In this document: positions 1 to 8,168 of the stretch, one piece after another
How positions within the stretch are numbered: the stretch's first letter is position 1
Layout: the number at the start of each line of letters is the position of its first letter
Source of the DNA: Desulfobaccales bacterium
GTDB taxonomy: Bacteria > Desulfobacterota > Desulfobaccia > Desulfobaccales > 0-14-0-80-60-11
NCBI GenBank assembly: GCA_049580385.1
Contig: JBAUPV010000030.1
Coordinates: 577,721-641,720, forward strand
DNA: 64,000 bases
Direction: 5' to 3'
Position numbers and translations under genes: made by a program
Notes under the pieces: generated by a model
Database searches by the model: none
Told to the model about the DNA's origin: nothing
Seen by the model: only the letters and a program-made list of their open reading frames with translations

Positions 1-165
1 TGTTTACTGTTTACTGTTTTCTGTGAAAGGCCAAGTCAAAAACAAAGATGTTTAAGAGAGACGGAAAACGGAAACCATTAATTTTTCATTTTCTGTGATA
101 GACCAAAGCAAAGTCAAGATTGCTTAGGACAGACGGAAAACAGAAAACAGAAAACAGAAAACCCT
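1..165. repeat. Heptamer tandem arrays bracketing two imperfect 53-nt direct repeats
   Basis: TGTTTAC TGTTTAC TGTTTTC at 1-21. GAAAACA x3 plus GAAAACC at 136-163, the reverse complement of the first array. Units 17-69 and 89-141 both start TTTTCTGTGA and end GACGGAAAAC, roughly 75% identical by hand alignment, period 72 nt. Lies just 3' of the agmatinase stop. Confidence 0.7.
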
Positions 166-169
166 CCTT

Positions 170-1048
170 TCACCGCCGGGAGTTTCGATAGATGTAGCCC
201 AGGGCCTTATAAAGGAGACGGGCGGCGGTGAATTCGCTCAGCCGCTGGCCCGGGATGGGGGCCAGTTCCACCAGGTCGAGGCCGATGATGGGGCCGCGGC
301 CAGCCAAGGCCGCCATGACGGCCAGCACCTGGTAATAAGTAAGACCGCCGGGCTCCGGGGTCCCCACCCCTGGCATGATGCCCGGGTCCAGGGCGTCCAG
401 GTCGATGCTCAGGTAGACCGGCCCGGATATGGCTTGGAGATGCTCCAGGGCGCTCTGCCAGCCCGGCGCAGTGTGCAGGTCCCGGGCCGCAAAGACCTTG
501 AGGCGCGGCGCCACCCGCAGGAGTTGGAACTCCTCCTGGGAGTAGCTGCGGATCCCCAGGAGGGTGAGGGGCCGGCCCAACTCGTAAACCCGGCGCAGGA
601 CGCAGGCGTGGGAGAATTTGCTGCCGTCGTAGGCGTCCCGGAGATCGGCGTGGGCGTCCAGGGCCACCACCGTCAGGTCCGGGTAGCGGGTCTGGGCTGC
701 CTGCACCAGGGCGGTGGTGATGGTGTGTTCGCCTCCCAGGGCGGCGATCAATTTCCCCTGCTGAATCCAGGGCTGCACCAGGCGGCGGATCTTGTCCAGC
801 ATGGCCTGGGGGCCGGAGGCCTCCTGGAGCACCGGCATGGCGGTGGCCAGACGGATGGAGGCCGCGGGTTCCCAATCGCCCTCTTCATCCCACAGCTCCA
901 CCTGCCGGGAAGCCGACAAGATGGCCTCCGGCCCTTCCCGGGTGCCGCCCCCGTAAGTGACCGTGGCTTCGTAGGGGACGGGCAGGATCACCGCTTCGGC
1001 TTCTTTCAAGGGCAGGGACCTGGCATCCAGAAAGGTTAGATTAGACAT
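170..1048 (-). CDS. speB: Agmatinase (arginase/ureohydrolase family)
   Basis: 292-aa ORF with the ureohydrolase Mn-binding signatures GGEHTIT, DAHADLRD and SIDLDALDP. Overlaps the upstream regulator gene by 8 nt. Confidence 0.85.
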   Translation of the reverse strand: MSNLTFLDARSLPLKEAEAVILPVPYEATVTYGGGTREGPEAILSASRQVELWDEEGDWEPAASIRLATAMPVLQEASGPQAMLDKIRRLVQPWIQQGKLIAALGGEHTITTALVQAAQTRYPDLTVVALDAHADLRDAYDGSKFSHACVLRRVYELGRPLTLLGIRSYSQEEFQLLRVAPRLKVFAARDLHTAPGWQSALEHLQAISGPVYLSIDLDALDPGIMPGVGTPEPGGLTYYQVLAVMAALAGRGPIIGLDLVELAPIPGQRLSEFTAARLLYKALGYIYRNSRR

Positions 1049-2417
1049 GGTCCGGCTTCCCCGACTCCACTTCTTTCAATTCCATCTCCTTCAGACGCCG
1101 GTAGATGGTGGCCAGGCCGATGCCCAGGAGGCGGGCGGCCAACTCCTTGTCGCCTTCGGTTCTCTTCAGGGTCTGGAGGATGGCCAGGCGCTCGATCTCC
1201 CCCATGGTAACACCCACCGGCAGGACGATCTTGTCGTCATCCGGGGAATGGCGGCGGATTTCGTCGGGCAGGTCCGTGAAGGCCACCAGATCGCCGGTGG
1301 TCAGGGCCACGGCCCGTTCCACCACGTTTTGCAGCTCGCGCACGTTCCCCGGCCAGGAATAACCCTCCAGGGCCCGCATGGCCTCCGGGCTGAACCCCAT
1401 GGCCGGGCGGCCGTTTTCCAGGCAGAACTTGTCCAGGAAGTGCAGGGCCAGCAGGGGGATGTCCTCGGGCCGCTCCCGCAAGGGTGGGACGACGAGGTGG
1501 ATGACGTGGAGCCTGTAAAACAGGTCCTTGCGGAAACGCCCGGCGGCCACCGCGGCCTCCAGGTCCAGGTTGGTGGCGGCGATCAGCCGGACGTCCACCT
1601 TCAGGGTCTGGGACCCTCCCACCCTTTCGAACTCTCCCTCCTGGAGCACCCGCAGCAGCTTCACCTGGGTGGGCGGGGGCATCTCGCTGATCTCATCCAG
1701 GAAGAGGGTGCCACCGTCGGCCAACTCGAAGCGGCCTTTGCGCTGCTGGGTGGCCCCGGTGAAGGACCCTTTCTCGTGCCCGAAGAGTTCCGACTCGATG
1801 AGTCCTTCCGGCAGGGCGCCGCAATTCACCCTGACGAAGGGCTTGGACCGGCGGGGGCTCTGGTAATGGATGGCCTCGGCGATAAGTTCTTTGCCCACCC
1901 CGCTCTCCCCGGAAAGGAGGGCGGTGCTTTTGGTGGGGGCTATCTGGCCGACTACCTGCATAAGCTTGAGGAAGGCCGCGGAGCGGCCCATCATGCGCCC
2001 ACTGGCGCTGCGCTCCTTCAGGGCCTGGCGCAGCCGCTCGTTTTCCACCAGGAGCTTTTGGGTCTCCAGGGCCCGGGTCACCACCTTACGCAGTTCACCC
2101 ATGCGGAAATCTTTGGTGATGAAGTCGTAAATCCCCCGCTTTAAGGCGGAGACGGCCTCATCCACGGTGGCGTGGCCGGAGATCATGATGGCGATGGCCT
2201 CGGGACGCAGGATGCGCAAGGCCCCGAAGAGCTCGGTGCCCACCATGTCCGGGAGCTTCAGGTCGATAATGGCCAGATCCACCGGGTGGCGCCGCACCTC
2301 ATCCAGGGCCGCCACCCCGCTGGCCGCGGCGTGAATCTCATGCCCCAGCTTCTTGAGGCCGGTGGCCAGGGTCTCCCGGGTGGGGGCATCGTCGTCCACT
2401 ACCAAGATGACGCTCAT
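1041..2417 (-). CDS. Sigma-54-dependent response regulator (NtrC family: receiver + AAA+ + Fis-type HTH)
   Basis: Receiver domain (VILVVDDD...DLKLPDM). AAA+ Walker A GESGVGKE, GAFTGA loop (GSFTGA), Walker B LFLDEI. C-terminal HTH LLGIGLATIYRRLKE. Confidence 0.9.
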   Translation of the reverse strand: MSVILVVDDDAPTRETLATGLKKLGHEIHAAASGVAALDEVRRHPVDLAIIDLKLPDMVGTELFGALRILRPEAIAIMISGHATVDEAVSALKRGIYDFITKDFRMGELRKVVTRALETQKLLVENERLRQALKERSASGRMMGRSAAFLKLMQVVGQIAPTKSTALLSGESGVGKELIAEAIHYQSPRRSKPFVRVNCGALPEGLIESELFGHEKGSFTGATQQRKGRFELADGGTLFLDEISEMPPPTQVKLLRVLQEGEFERVGGSQTLKVDVRLIAATNLDLEAAVAAGRFRKDLFYRLHVIHLVVPPLRERPEDIPLLALHFLDKFCLENGRPAMGFSPEAMRALEGYSWPGNVRELQNVVERAVALTTGDLVAFTDLPDEIRRHSPDDDKIVLPVGVTMGEIERLAILQTLKRTEGDKELAARLLGIGLATIYRRLKEMELKEVESGKPDHV

Positions 2418-2423
2418 TTTATG

Positions 2424-2470
2424 GCTCTCAGCTCTAAGCTCTCAGCTTTCAGCAGTCAGCTTTCAGCTTC
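2424..2470. repeat. Heptamer tandem array (GCTCTCA-type, about 6.5 units)
   Basis: GCTCTCA GCTCTAA GCTCTCA GCTTTCA GCAGTCA GCTTTCA GCTTC read directly, immediately upstream of the regulator start codon at 2417. Confidence 0.8.
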
Positions 2471-2499
2471 TTGTTTGGTTTCCTGGCTGAGATCTCATT

Positions 2500-2546
2500 A
2501 GCCTTCGTTTTTGGTTTTTTGCCTTTAGCTGATAGCTGACAGCTTC
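2500..2546. repeat. Left copy of a direct repeat flanking the four-helix-bundle pseudogene
   Basis: AGCCTTCGTTTTTGGTTTTTTGCCTTTAGCTGATAGCTGACAGCTTC. Matches 2925-2985 except for 3 small differences and two extra AGCTGAA heptamers in the right copy. Confidence 0.8.
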
Positions 2547-2564
2547 TTTATTAGCTCTCAGCCT

Positions 2565-2923
2565 TCAGTAGACAGCTTTCAGCTTTTTTATAAACGAGGT
2601 TAGCATTTGCTTAACTTCTCTGGTTTCTCGACTGAGATTCTCATAATCATTATCGCTAATAAATTTAAGATCATAAGACAGCAAGAGATGATACTCCAAT
2701 TCGGTGGCCGACCCCATGGCTATTTGCAGGAATCGGGGAAAATCGGCTTCGCTGTTTCTGCCACAGCCTTCGGAAATATTAGCCGGGATGGAGGCACTGA
2801 ACGGCGCAGTTGCCTGGTTAATCCACATAACTCTTGCCGCGGAAAGGTGGCTGTCACTTTATAGATATCTAAAGCCAATTGGTGGCTCTTCTGCCAAACT
2901 TTTTGTTTTTTAAAATCCCTCAT
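2565..2923 (-). pseudogene. Four-helix-bundle protein (23S rRNA intervening-sequence protein family), frameshifted
   Basis: The N-terminal half is in ORF 2720-2923 (MRDFKKQKVWQKSHQLALDIYKVTATFPRQELCGLTRQLRRS). The C-terminal half is in ORF 2565-2828, another frame (ASIPANISEGCGRNSEADFPRFLQIAMGSATELEYHLLL...). Together they reconstruct the family signature. The frame break is near 2795-2806. Confidence 0.7.
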
Positions 2924-2924
2924 C

Positions 2925-2985
2925 AGCCTTCGCTTTTGTTCTTTTGCCTTTAGCTGAAAGCTGAAAGCTGATAGCTGACAGCTTC
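2925..2985. repeat. Right copy of the direct repeat flanking the four-helix-bundle pseudogene
   Basis: AGCCTTCGCTTTTGTTCTTTTGCCTTTAGCTGAAAGCTGAAAGCTGATAGCTGACAGCTTC. See 2500-2546. Confidence 0.8.
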
Positions 2986-2989
2986 TCTC

Positions 2990-3658
2990 TCACAAACTGT
3001 CCAGCCAACCCAGGATCACCCGGCAGACCTCTTCCAGCAATTCCGGAGACAGGGCGCTGTGGTCCGTTTCAAAGGAATGGCCCACCCTGGGGATGACGTG
3101 CAGGTCGCTCCGCAGCGGTAGGCGCCCCAGCACTTCCGCCAGCAGGTCCAGATGGCAGAAGGGATCCCGGGCCCCCTCGATAAACAGGGTGGGACAAGGC
3201 AACAGATACAGCGGCTGGTCCCGCAGCTGCTCAGGCCGGCCGGGGGGATGCAGGGGGTAGCCCAGGAAGACCAGGCCGCTGGCCCCCACCTCCTGGGCCA
3301 CCAGTTGAGCGGCCAGGCGGGCTCCCATCGATTTTCCCCCCAAGTACAGCGCCAGCCCCTGAAACTCCTTAAGTTCCGCCACGTACTCCAACACCAGGCG
3401 GTAGGCGCCCTCCAGGGCCTCGTCCGGATCAGGCCGTTTCCGCCCATCTTCGGAGTAGGGAAAATTGAAGCGCACCGTGACCAGACCCTGGCGGGCCAAT
3501 TTTTCGTGCAGCCCGGCGATCAGGGGATGGTCCATGTTACTGTTGGCCCCGTGGGCCAGGACCAGGATGCCGGCCATGGTAGTGGTGCGGGGCACTCCCA
3601 GCACGGCCCGGATGGTCCGGCCGCCGTCGATGGCTAAGGTGAAGGGGCGTAATTCCAT
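2990..3658 (-). CDS. Alpha/beta hydrolase (dienelactone hydrolase/KANL3-like)
   Basis: 222 aa. Nucleophile elbow GGKSMGAR (G-x-S-x-G), LVLAHGAN oxyanion region, C-terminal GARD...VGHSF consistent with an Asp/His triad. Confidence 0.7.
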   Translation of the reverse strand: MELRPFTLAIDGGRTIRAVLGVPRTTTMAGILVLAHGANSNMDHPLIAGLHEKLARQGLVTVRFNFPYSEDGRKRPDPDEALEGAYRLVLEYVAELKEFQGLALYLGGKSMGARLAAQLVAQEVGASGLVFLGYPLHPPGRPEQLRDQPLYLLPCPTLFIEGARDPFCHLDLLAEVLGRLPLRSDLHVIPRVGHSFETDHSALSPELLEEVCRVILGWLDSL

Positions 3659-3938
3659 AATCTACTTCCAGGGCGGGACGCCGCCCGGGGGCTCGGAGAC
3701 CTTTCCAGACCTGGCCTCGCCGTTTCGAGGCAGGGTGAACCTTAAAAAAGCCTCAACATTTACCTCTTTAGCACGAATTCTCGATAATGTATAGGGTGCC
3801 CCGATCAAGGCTTCCAGCTTGCGCCATTGCACCCCAGGGGCGGGGCGGGCGCAACGTTGGGACTGCCAGTGGTGGTTTAGTGATGGCTGCCATGGGGATG
3901 CCTCGGAATTGCCAGGGGATTTCCAACTCGGTTTTAGT

Positions 3939-4019
3939 CCCCCCTTTGAAAAAGGGGGGCAGGGGGTATTTAAGATAACTTCCTGAAATCCCGCTAAATC
4001 CCCCTTTTCCCAAGGGGGA
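3939..4019. repeat. Two G5-6/C5-6 hairpins in a 400-nt non-coding gap
   Basis: CCCCCCTTT-GAA-AAAGGGGGG (3939-3959) and TCCCCCTT-TTCCC-AAGGGGGA (3999-4019). Same style as the hairpin cluster at 57876-57969. Confidence 0.6.
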
Positions 4020-4067
4020 CTTTATTACCCTGGAAACTTAGGTTTTCTTGATTTAAGGCCATACTAT

Positions 4068-4919
4068 TTACGAAGCCCAAGACCGGTCTCCGTCCGGCAG
4101 GTCCGCCTCATCAAGAAAGACTCGCTTCGGCCTCACCCCCGCCAACTCCTGCCAAAGGCCGGCTCCCTGCCGCCCGGGGGTGGAACCGGCGAGGGGGACG
4201 GGGACCAGATGTTCCCAGCCCCCCAGATGCACCACCCGCGGATACCTGTCCAGGCAATCCCTAAGCCGCCTGGCCTGCAGCCGCTCCCGGCGCCGGGTTT
4301 CAGGGTCGCGCCTCAGGGACCACCATGGCGTTTGCTGCACGGCCAGGCGGGCCCGCCGGTACTCCCGGGCCATATAGGCAGCCAAGGGCTCATCCTTCGT
4401 GGTCAACAAGGCCCTCACGTTTTCCGGAGCCAGCAGCTCCCGGGCATAGCGGGGCAGGTGCCTCCGGGAGAGCCTTCCCAGGTCCAGGGGGCGCCAGGGA
4501 ATGGCGGAGCGCCGGCCATAGTCCCGAGCCGCCCGGACCTCGAAGGGCAGGGCCACCTGGGCCGCCAGGCGCCGGATGGCCAGGTGGCCGGCGGCGGCTG
4601 GGGGCAGCCCCTCCAGGGCCTGCTCCAGCAGACGCTGCCAGCGGGAACCCTGGCGCTCCCGGTAACGCAGGGAAAAACGGCTGACCTCCACGGTCACCAA
4701 ATCCGGTTTAAAGTGCCGTAAGAGCTTAAGGGCCCGGGCATAGCCCAGGGGGTCGCCGTGCACCGTGCCGATGAGGATGAGCGAGGGGGAGGCTGGGTTT
4801 TTTGAGGGGGGGAAAGGAGGAGCCTTTGGCAAGCGCTCCCCCGCTGCAGGCGCCAAACCCTCCCAGCCCGCATCAGGGGATAGATAAAGGTCCTGCTTTT
4901 GATGATCGGGATTCAGCAT
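4068..4919 (-). CDS. Hypothetical protein, possibly TraB/GumN family
   Basis: 283 aa. LILIGTVHGDPLGYARALKLLRHFKPDLVTVEVS resembles the TraB-family N-terminal LGTAH...PD.V.VEL block. VVHLGGWEHL near the C-terminus. Weak, from memory. Confidence 0.4.
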   Translation of the reverse strand: MLNPDHQKQDLYLSPDAGWEGLAPAAGERLPKAPPFPPSKNPASPSLILIGTVHGDPLGYARALKLLRHFKPDLVTVEVSRFSLRYRERQGSRWQRLLEQALEGLPPAAAGHLAIRRLAAQVALPFEVRAARDYGRRSAIPWRPLDLGRLSRRHLPRYARELLAPENVRALLTTKDEPLAAYMAREYRRARLAVQQTPWWSLRRDPETRRRERLQARRLRDCLDRYPRVVHLGGWEHLVPVPLAGSTPGRQGAGLWQELAGVRPKRVFLDEADLPDGDRSWAS

Positions 4920-5029
4920 ATCTTCGGAAACGCTGGCGTCTCGCCTGTGTTTTCCTGTAGCCGCAGGCTGCAGCAGGCGCTGGCCGGGGCCTGAGCGCCG
5001 GATCAGGGGGCGGACCGGCCCGCCGCGCT

Positions 5030-5088
5030 GCTATGGGCGGCCGTAGGCCGCCCATAGCTAGCGTATGATTTGGTGGGCAATGCCCACC
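5030..5088. repeat. Two strong palindromic hairpins
   Basis: GCTATGGGCGGCC-GTA-GGCCGCCCATAGC (13-bp perfect stem, 5030-5058) and GGTGGGC-AAT-GCCCACC (5072-5088). No adjacent U-run on either strand. Confidence 0.7.
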
Positions 5089-5113
5089 CTACACCTTCGC
5101 CAAGTGGCTGTCT

Positions 5114-5166
5114 TGAGTTTCGAGTTTCGAGTTTTGAGTTTTGAGCTGACAGCTGATAGCTGAATG
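5114..5166. repeat. Heptamer tandem arrays (GAGTTTC/GAGTTTT then AGCTGAC/AGCTGAT/AGCTGAA)
   Basis: GAGTTTC GAGTTTC GAGTTTT GAGTTTT GAGCTGAC AGCTGAT AGCTGAA read directly, abutting the stop of the 5167-6666 gene. Confidence 0.8.
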
Positions 5167-6666
5167 CTATTCCTGCACAAACTCCCGCCCCTCTTTCAGG
5201 GCCGCCTCCGCCCGGGACAGTTGCCGTCCCAGGTAGATGGCGTGGTTGATGTCCGAGAGGGCCACATCCCGGGCGATTTCGTGCTGCAGGCGCGCCGCCC
5301 TCTGACCGCGATATTCCTTCAAGGTGACGTCCTGGAAGCGGTGCTCCACCAGGATGGCCTGGCGGTCCAGGGTGATCCGGAAGTAGCCCATGGGGTCCAG
5401 CCTCACCTTGAAGGGGCGCTTGCCGATGACCAGCAGGGCCCGGTCCAGCTCCCGGGGGTCCAATCCCAGGGAATGGCTGATGACCACCAGGGCCCCGGGA
5501 GGCATGGCGGCCCGCGCCGCCACCCAGGCCTGGATGGCCATGAGCCCGTAAAGATTCAGGGGATAAGCGTCCATGGCGTTATGGGTCCGGAAGGTGGCGC
5601 CCAGGGTCAAACGGCCTTCAAACCGGCGGAAAAACAGGGACACCAGACAGGGGCGGCCCTCTACCCGGGTCAGGTCCCGGGGGTCGTCCCACAAGGTTAC
5701 GTAAGCCTTGCGATCCTCCCGGTCCCGCTTGAGCCGCTCGGCGCAGGCCGCCAGGTTGTCCAGGCCAAAATACTGGCGCAGGCGGTGGCCGTAATTGTAG
5801 GTCTCGTCCGGGCGCTGCTCTCCCCGCAGGATGTCCTCCTGGTAACGCCGCAGCTTTTCGGGGTCGAGATTGACGGCCTTAAGTTTAGCGTCGCCCTCGA
5901 ACCTGGGTTTTTCCACCACCACCTTGACGTGTTGCAGTTCCAGGCGCTCCCCTTTGGCCAGGTTGACCCGGCGGCCAAAACGGCCGAGCAGATAGAGGAC
6001 CTCCTTCCAGGCATCCAGGATATCTTCCCGCACCACCACGTGGCCCCGGGGGTTGCTGGGGTAGTATTGCAACTCCACCTCGGGGAGGGGGACTTTTAAT
6101 CTCTGAAGATTTTCCAGCCCTTTATTAAAGAGTTCCGGTTGCCATGATGCAAAAAATTCCTGGATCGAGGATATTACCGCCTCTCCCTGGGGGTCGCCTA
6201 ACCTCCTCACTTGCAATGAACCTGAAAAATCGTCAGGGCGCACCAAATCGTCCAGGATTCTAGAGGTTTGCCTAATCCGGCAGGTCCCCACCTCTTTTTG
6301 CCCTGCAGTGGCCTGATATCTTATAAGAGATGAATCCTTCCTTTCCAGTCCGAGGGCAAAAAAGTTTTCTAACTCTTCATACGACCCGGAGCGATCATGA
6401 CCGCAAATGAGCAACAGGCGAATCTGCGGGTTGTAAAGCAGATTCCTGAGCAGCTCCCTCAGACCGTTGCCGTAGAGGCTGCCGAAGACCGCAATGGGGC
6501 TGCTGGCCGGGTCCAGATCCACCCCGGCCTGCCGGAAGCGCTCGCGGACATAATCGACCCGGGACCACAGGGTCACCACCCCAATGACCCCGTAGGGATT
6601 GATGATGCTGAGGCGATCCCGGAAATGGAGAGGCTCAAATTTGAGTCCGACTGCCATGCCGCCCAT
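5167..6666 (-). CDS. Three-part fusion: MtrA-like N-domain, thymidylate-synthase-like core, DUF4346-like C-domain
   Basis: N-terminus IGVVTLWS...FGSLYGNGLRELLRNLLYNPQIRLLLICGHDRSG resembles MtrA-type corrinoid-subunit folds. Core RPCLVSLFFRR...LTLGATFRTHNAMDAYPLNLYGL resembles the ThyA PCH/YQRS.D..LG.PFN block. C-terminus DPMGYFRITLDRQAILVEH. Start moved from 6780 to the ATG at 6666 or 6657, because the 38-aa leader looks non-coding. Confidence 0.6.
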   Translation of the reverse strand: MGGMAVGLKFEPLHFRDRLSIINPYGVIGVVTLWSRVDYVRERFRQAGVDLDPASSPIAVFGSLYGNGLRELLRNLLYNPQIRLLLICGHDRSGSYEELENFFALGLERKDSSLIRYQATAGQKEVGTCRIRQTSRILDDLVRPDDFSGSLQVRRLGDPQGEAVISSIQEFFASWQPELFNKGLENLQRLKVPLPEVELQYYPSNPRGHVVVREDILDAWKEVLYLLGRFGRRVNLAKGERLELQHVKVVVEKPRFEGDAKLKAVNLDPEKLRRYQEDILRGEQRPDETYNYGHRLRQYFGLDNLAACAERLKRDREDRKAYVTLWDDPRDLTRVEGRPCLVSLFFRRFEGRLTLGATFRTHNAMDAYPLNLYGLMAIQAWVAARAAMPPGALVVISHSLGLDPRELDRALLVIGKRPFKVRLDPMGYFRITLDRQAILVEHRFQDVTLKEYRGQRAARLQHEIARDVALSDINHAIYLGRQLSRAEAALKEGREFVQE

Positions 6667-6917
6667 TATACTGCAACTGCTGGTTTGGGCAAAAGGCAAA
6701 AGGCCATTGGGAACTAGGCGCAAAAAAAGGCAAAAAGGCTGAAAAACCAGAATTTGGCTCTCTCGCTTCCAACTTTTCATTTGCCGGGGGCAGCCGCCGC
6801 CGCGGTTCTGCGGCTGCTATTAGCCATCAGCTTTTCTCCTCGAATATTGCCCTCCGGGAAGGCAAGATTTATCTTTTTGACTGAGCCGGTGCCGCCGGTT
6901 GAGGAAAACTTGGAAAG

Positions 6918-6933
6918 TGGCTGTCCCTCTGCT
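6918..6933 (+). promoter_or_regulatory. Candidate sigma-54 (-24/-12) promoter for the GAF gene
   Basis: TGGCTGTCCCTCTGCT: GG at 6919-6920 and GC at 6931-6932, the canonical 12-nt offset. The -12 reads CTGCT against consensus TTGCW. Lies 84 nt upstream of the ATG at 7016. Confidence 0.4.
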
Positions 6934-7015
6934 CCCGTATCTGATAAGATAGACTCGGTTGCGGAGGGTTCGCCGAGAATTCCGCGGGCAGGGAGATTTC
7001 AAAGGAGGGCCGGGC

Positions 7016-8083
7016 ATGCCGTCGTCCAAAGAAAGAGTGTATTTGCACAGCTTCCAGGAGATCACGAAGGCCATGAGTTCTCACCTGGGGGTCGACCGGG
7101 TGCTGGAAACCGTGGTGCAGGAACTCACCCAGACCATGGGCCTCAAGGGGGCGACCATCCGCCTGGTCAACCCCAAAACCAACACCCTGGAGCTGGTCGC
7201 CTCGGTGGGCCTGAGTGAGGGGTACCTGCACAAAGGGGCGGTGGACCTGGACAAGAGCCTTACCGAGTCGCTCAGCGGCCGGCCGGTGGCCATTTTTGAC
7301 GCCGCCAACGATCCCCGCATGCAGTATCCCAAGGAGGCCGCAGCCGAAGGGATCGCCAGCATGGTGGCCATCCCCATGATTTTCAAGGGGAAGGTCATCG
7401 GGGTGGTTCGCCTGATCAGCGGCGAACCCCGGGAGTTCACCCTGGAAGAAGTCAATTTCGCCAGCACCGTGGCGGAGATCGGCGCCCAACTGATCAGCAA
7501 CGCCAGGATCTATGAAGCCCGGGTCCGGGAACTCAACTTCCTTAAAGGTCTGCTGGAGGTCTCCAAGGCGGTGAATTCGACCCTGGAGGTCAAGAAGGTG
7601 CTCCATCTACTGGTGAAAACCGCAGTCAACGCCCTGGACATCAAGGCGGCGGCGGTCCGCCTGTTGGATGAGAATCGTCGGAAGCTGGAATTAGTGGCTT
7701 CCTACGGCCTGAGTGACCGCTACCTCAACAAGGGTCCGGTGCTCTCCGACAAGTCCATCGCCGAGGCCATGATGGGCAAGGCGGTTTCCATCTACGACGT
7801 GGCCAGCGACGGCCGGGCCACCTATCCCAAGGAGGCCGGCGAGGAAGGCATCAAGTCCATCCTCTCGCTGCCCATCACCCTCAAGGGCAACGTCATCGGG
7901 GTGATGCGCATCTACACCGGCAAGTATCAGGAGTTTTCCGACGATGAAATCACCTTCATCTCCTCCCTGGCGGAGCAGGCGGCCCTGGCCATGGAAAATG
8001 CCCGCATGTACCAGAAACTCAAAGGGGAATATGAGGAACTGATGAGCGACATGTACCGGTTCGCCGGTTTCACCCGCTTTTGA
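7016..8083 (+). CDS. Tandem GAF-domain protein (no output domain)
   Basis: Two internally similar halves (...GATIRLVNPKTNTLELVASVGLSEGYL... / ...AAAVRLLDENRRKLELVASYGLSDRYL...), each ending in a V.G.(V/M)R.Y(S/T)GE..EF block. RBS AAAGGAGGG precedes the ATG at 7016. Confidence 0.8.
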   Translation: MPSSKERVYLHSFQEITKAMSSHLGVDRVLETVVQELTQTMGLKGATIRLVNPKTNTLELVASVGLSEGYLHKGAVDLDKSLTESLSGRPVAIFDAANDPRMQYPKEAAAEGIASMVAIPMIFKGKVIGVVRLISGEPREFTLEEVNFASTVAEIGAQLISNARIYEARVRELNFLKGLLEVSKAVNSTLEVKKVLHLLVKTAVNALDIKAAAVRLLDENRRKLELVASYGLSDRYLNKGPVLSDKSIAEAMMGKAVSIYDVASDGRATYPKEAGEEGIKSILSLPITLKGNVIGVMRIYTGKYQEFSDDEITFISSLAEQAALAMENARMYQKLKGEYEELMSDMYRFAGFTRF

Positions 8084-8168
8084 AGAGGCCATTATTCCGA
8101 AGGGTGGCAGGGGCGGTTAACCTCCCGCCCCTGTCTCAATTAGGCCGGCTCATTTTCGGGCCCCGTTC

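Noticed and set aside
207-2144. Long ORFs 207-875 (-), 434-1039 (+) and 1047-2144 (+), plus shorter ones overlapping the agmatinase and NtrC-type genes
   Set aside because: They are Pro/Arg/Gly/Ala-rich shadow frames, typical of high-GC DNA. They carry no motifs and overlap genes with clear family signatures.
3660-4067. A 400-nt non-coding gap as a possible ncRNA gene (6S, SRP or similar)
   Set aside because: No conserved RNA signature could be recognised by eye; only GC-rich hairpins were seen. A covariance-model scan is needed.
5164-6099. 311-aa plus-strand ORF antisense to the TS-like fusion gene
   Set aside because: Low-complexity G/P/Q/V composition and no motif. The opposite strand carries the recognisable domains.
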